64,000 nt of DNA from an uncultured Ignavibacteria bacterium (GTDB taxonomy: Bacteria > Bacteroidota > Ignavibacteria > UBA10030 > SZUA-254): assembly GCA_963724215.1 (NCBI GenBank), contig CAVRTZ010000026.1:75960-139959 (forward strand). Reading direction: 5' to 3'. Made by a program: the position numbers and the translations under genes. Below the pieces are notes generated by a model. It worked only from the letters and a program-made list of their open reading frames with translations. It was not told where the DNA came from and searched no databases. Below are positions 63,232 through 64,000 of this stretch, one piece after another (the first letter of the stretch is position 1; each line of letters opens with the position of its first letter).

Positions 63232-63462
63232 ATGCCGCCAGTCAAAATCACCGTACGCACGAACGGAAGCCTCAGGGTCGAGGGTGACTTCGAGCTCTAC
63301 GACGCCGAGGGCGGGAAATACGACCTCGCGGGACGCACGGCGATCAGCTTCTGCCGGTGCGGCCTCAGCAAGGACAAACCGTTCTGCGATTCCTCACACA
63401 AAAACGGGGCCTTCGTCTCGGAGGTCAGGGCGAAAACACTCCCGCCTCCCGCAATCAAATAA
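63232..63462 (+). CDS. CDGSH-type iron-sulfur domain protein
   Basis: MPPVKITVRTNGSLRVEGDFELYD...ISFCRCGLSKDKPFCDSSH (C-x-C-x8-C-D-S-S-H variant of the CDGSH motif). ORF opens at TTG 63217. Confidence 0.75.
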   Translation: MPPVKITVRTNGSLRVEGDFELYDAEGGKYDLAGRTAISFCRCGLSKDKPFCDSSHKNGAFVSEVRAKTLPPPAIK

Positions 63463-63490
63463 CCATCGGGCGTCTTCAAAGGAGCAACCC

Positions 63491-64000
63491 ATGCACACAA
63501 TGGTTTCGATCCTCGCGGCGGTCATCCTGTCCGCCGCCTCCGTGTACGCGCAGTTCGAGGGCACGATCAGGATGCGGGCCGTCACCTACTCGGACGCTGA
63601 TTCCAGCGTCGTGGTGTCCACCGTCTATTTCAAGGGGACGCTGTTCGCGGCGACGATCGACAGTTCCGGGGATTCCTCCGGCCGGGGGGGGAAATTCATC
63701 CTCCGCGGGGACAAGGGCCTCATGTGGATCGTGATCGACCAGGAGAAAAAATACATGGAAATCCCCCTCGCGGACAAGGCCCGGAAGCCCGACAGCGCGA
63801 GGGCGTCCGACGAGACGACAACGTACACGCTCGCGAAAACGGGGAAGAGCCGCACGCTCATCGGGCATCCCTGCGAGGAATGGATCGCCGACGAGGGAGA
63901 CGGCGTCACCGCGAAGATCTGGGCGACCGGGGAGTTCGGAAACATGTACGACGGCGTCGTCAAGTGGTTCGACGAGATGAGCATGGAATCGGCCACCGAC
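63491..64000 (+). CDS. secreted hypothetical protein (DUF4412-like?), 3' end outside window
   Basis: ATG 63491, open to the window end (170 codons). Signal peptide MHTMVSILAAVILSAASVYAQ. ...FEGTIRMRAVTY...KFILRGDKGLMWIVIDQEKKYMEIPL... Family guess from memory only. Confidence 0.45.
   Translation, partial: MHTMVSILAAVILSAASVYAQFEGTIRMRAVTYSDADSSVVVSTVYFKGTLFAATIDSSGDSSGRGGKFILRGDKGLMWIVIDQEKKYMEIPLADKARKPDSARASDETTTYTLAKTGKSRTLIGHPCEEWIADEGDGVTAKIWATGEFGNMYDGVVKWFDEMSMESATD

Overview
GC-rich bacterial chromosomal segment that is almost entirely housekeeping. I found no transposase, integrase, phage, CRISPR or recognisable defence genes. All calls rest on reading the sequence and ORF track by eye; no searches or folding programs were run.

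Layout:
- 1-20.1 kb (+): the 3' end of rpoC, then an uninterrupted str-S10-spc-alpha ribosomal super-operon (rpsL through rplQ, including fusA, tuf, secY, map, infA, rpmJ, rpoA). It is bracketed by one sigma70-like promoter and one clean intrinsic terminator. A well-folding tRNA-Gln(UUG) gene sits inside it, between rplR and rpsE.
- 20.2-28.3 kb (+): leuS, coupled by overlapping stop/start codons to an envelope-glycan (LPS-type) cluster: three GT2 glycosyltransferases, an MsbA-like ABC exporter and an O-antigen-ligase-like protein.
- 28.3-36.3 kb (+): DUF1844, nadK, radA, rdgB, a PhzF-family protein, and a membrane-anchored HdrD/GlpC-like Fe-S oxidoreductase coupled to a rhomboid protease.
- 36.3-41.1 kb (-): a minus-strand operon of tRNA(CAT), tilS, ftsH, a dolichol-kinase-like protein and a GroES-like protein.
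- 41.2-64 kb: secreted hydrolases, hpnCDE squalene synthesis, tyrS, a radical-SAM/SPASM-like protein with no CxxxCxxC motif in any frame, two proteins with T9SS C-terminal sorting tails, an aroF-type DAHP synthase, GlcD-like / esterase / rhomboid / GlcF-like genes, thiI, a CDGSH protein and a partial DUF4412-like ORF.

The T9SS tails suggest an FCB-superphylum-like lineage, but I cannot identify the organism.

The most conspicuous technical feature is about 36 single-nucleotide reading-frame disruptions (my manual frame tracking; mostly +1 insertions, a few -1 deletions). They are strongly clustered: 21 lie between 20.2 and 29.5 kb and 6 lie in aroF, against 1-2 in the 19.5 kb ribosomal block. 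They hit essential genes (tuf, leuS, tyrS, tilS), so consensus or assembly error is the most likely explanation and must be checked before any biological reading.

I see no clearly novel multi-gene system. The best leads are the tRNA inside the spc operon, the twice-repeated rhomboid/CCG-domain Fe-S gene pairing, the cluster-less radical-SAM-like protein, and the tRNA(CAT)-tilS linkage.
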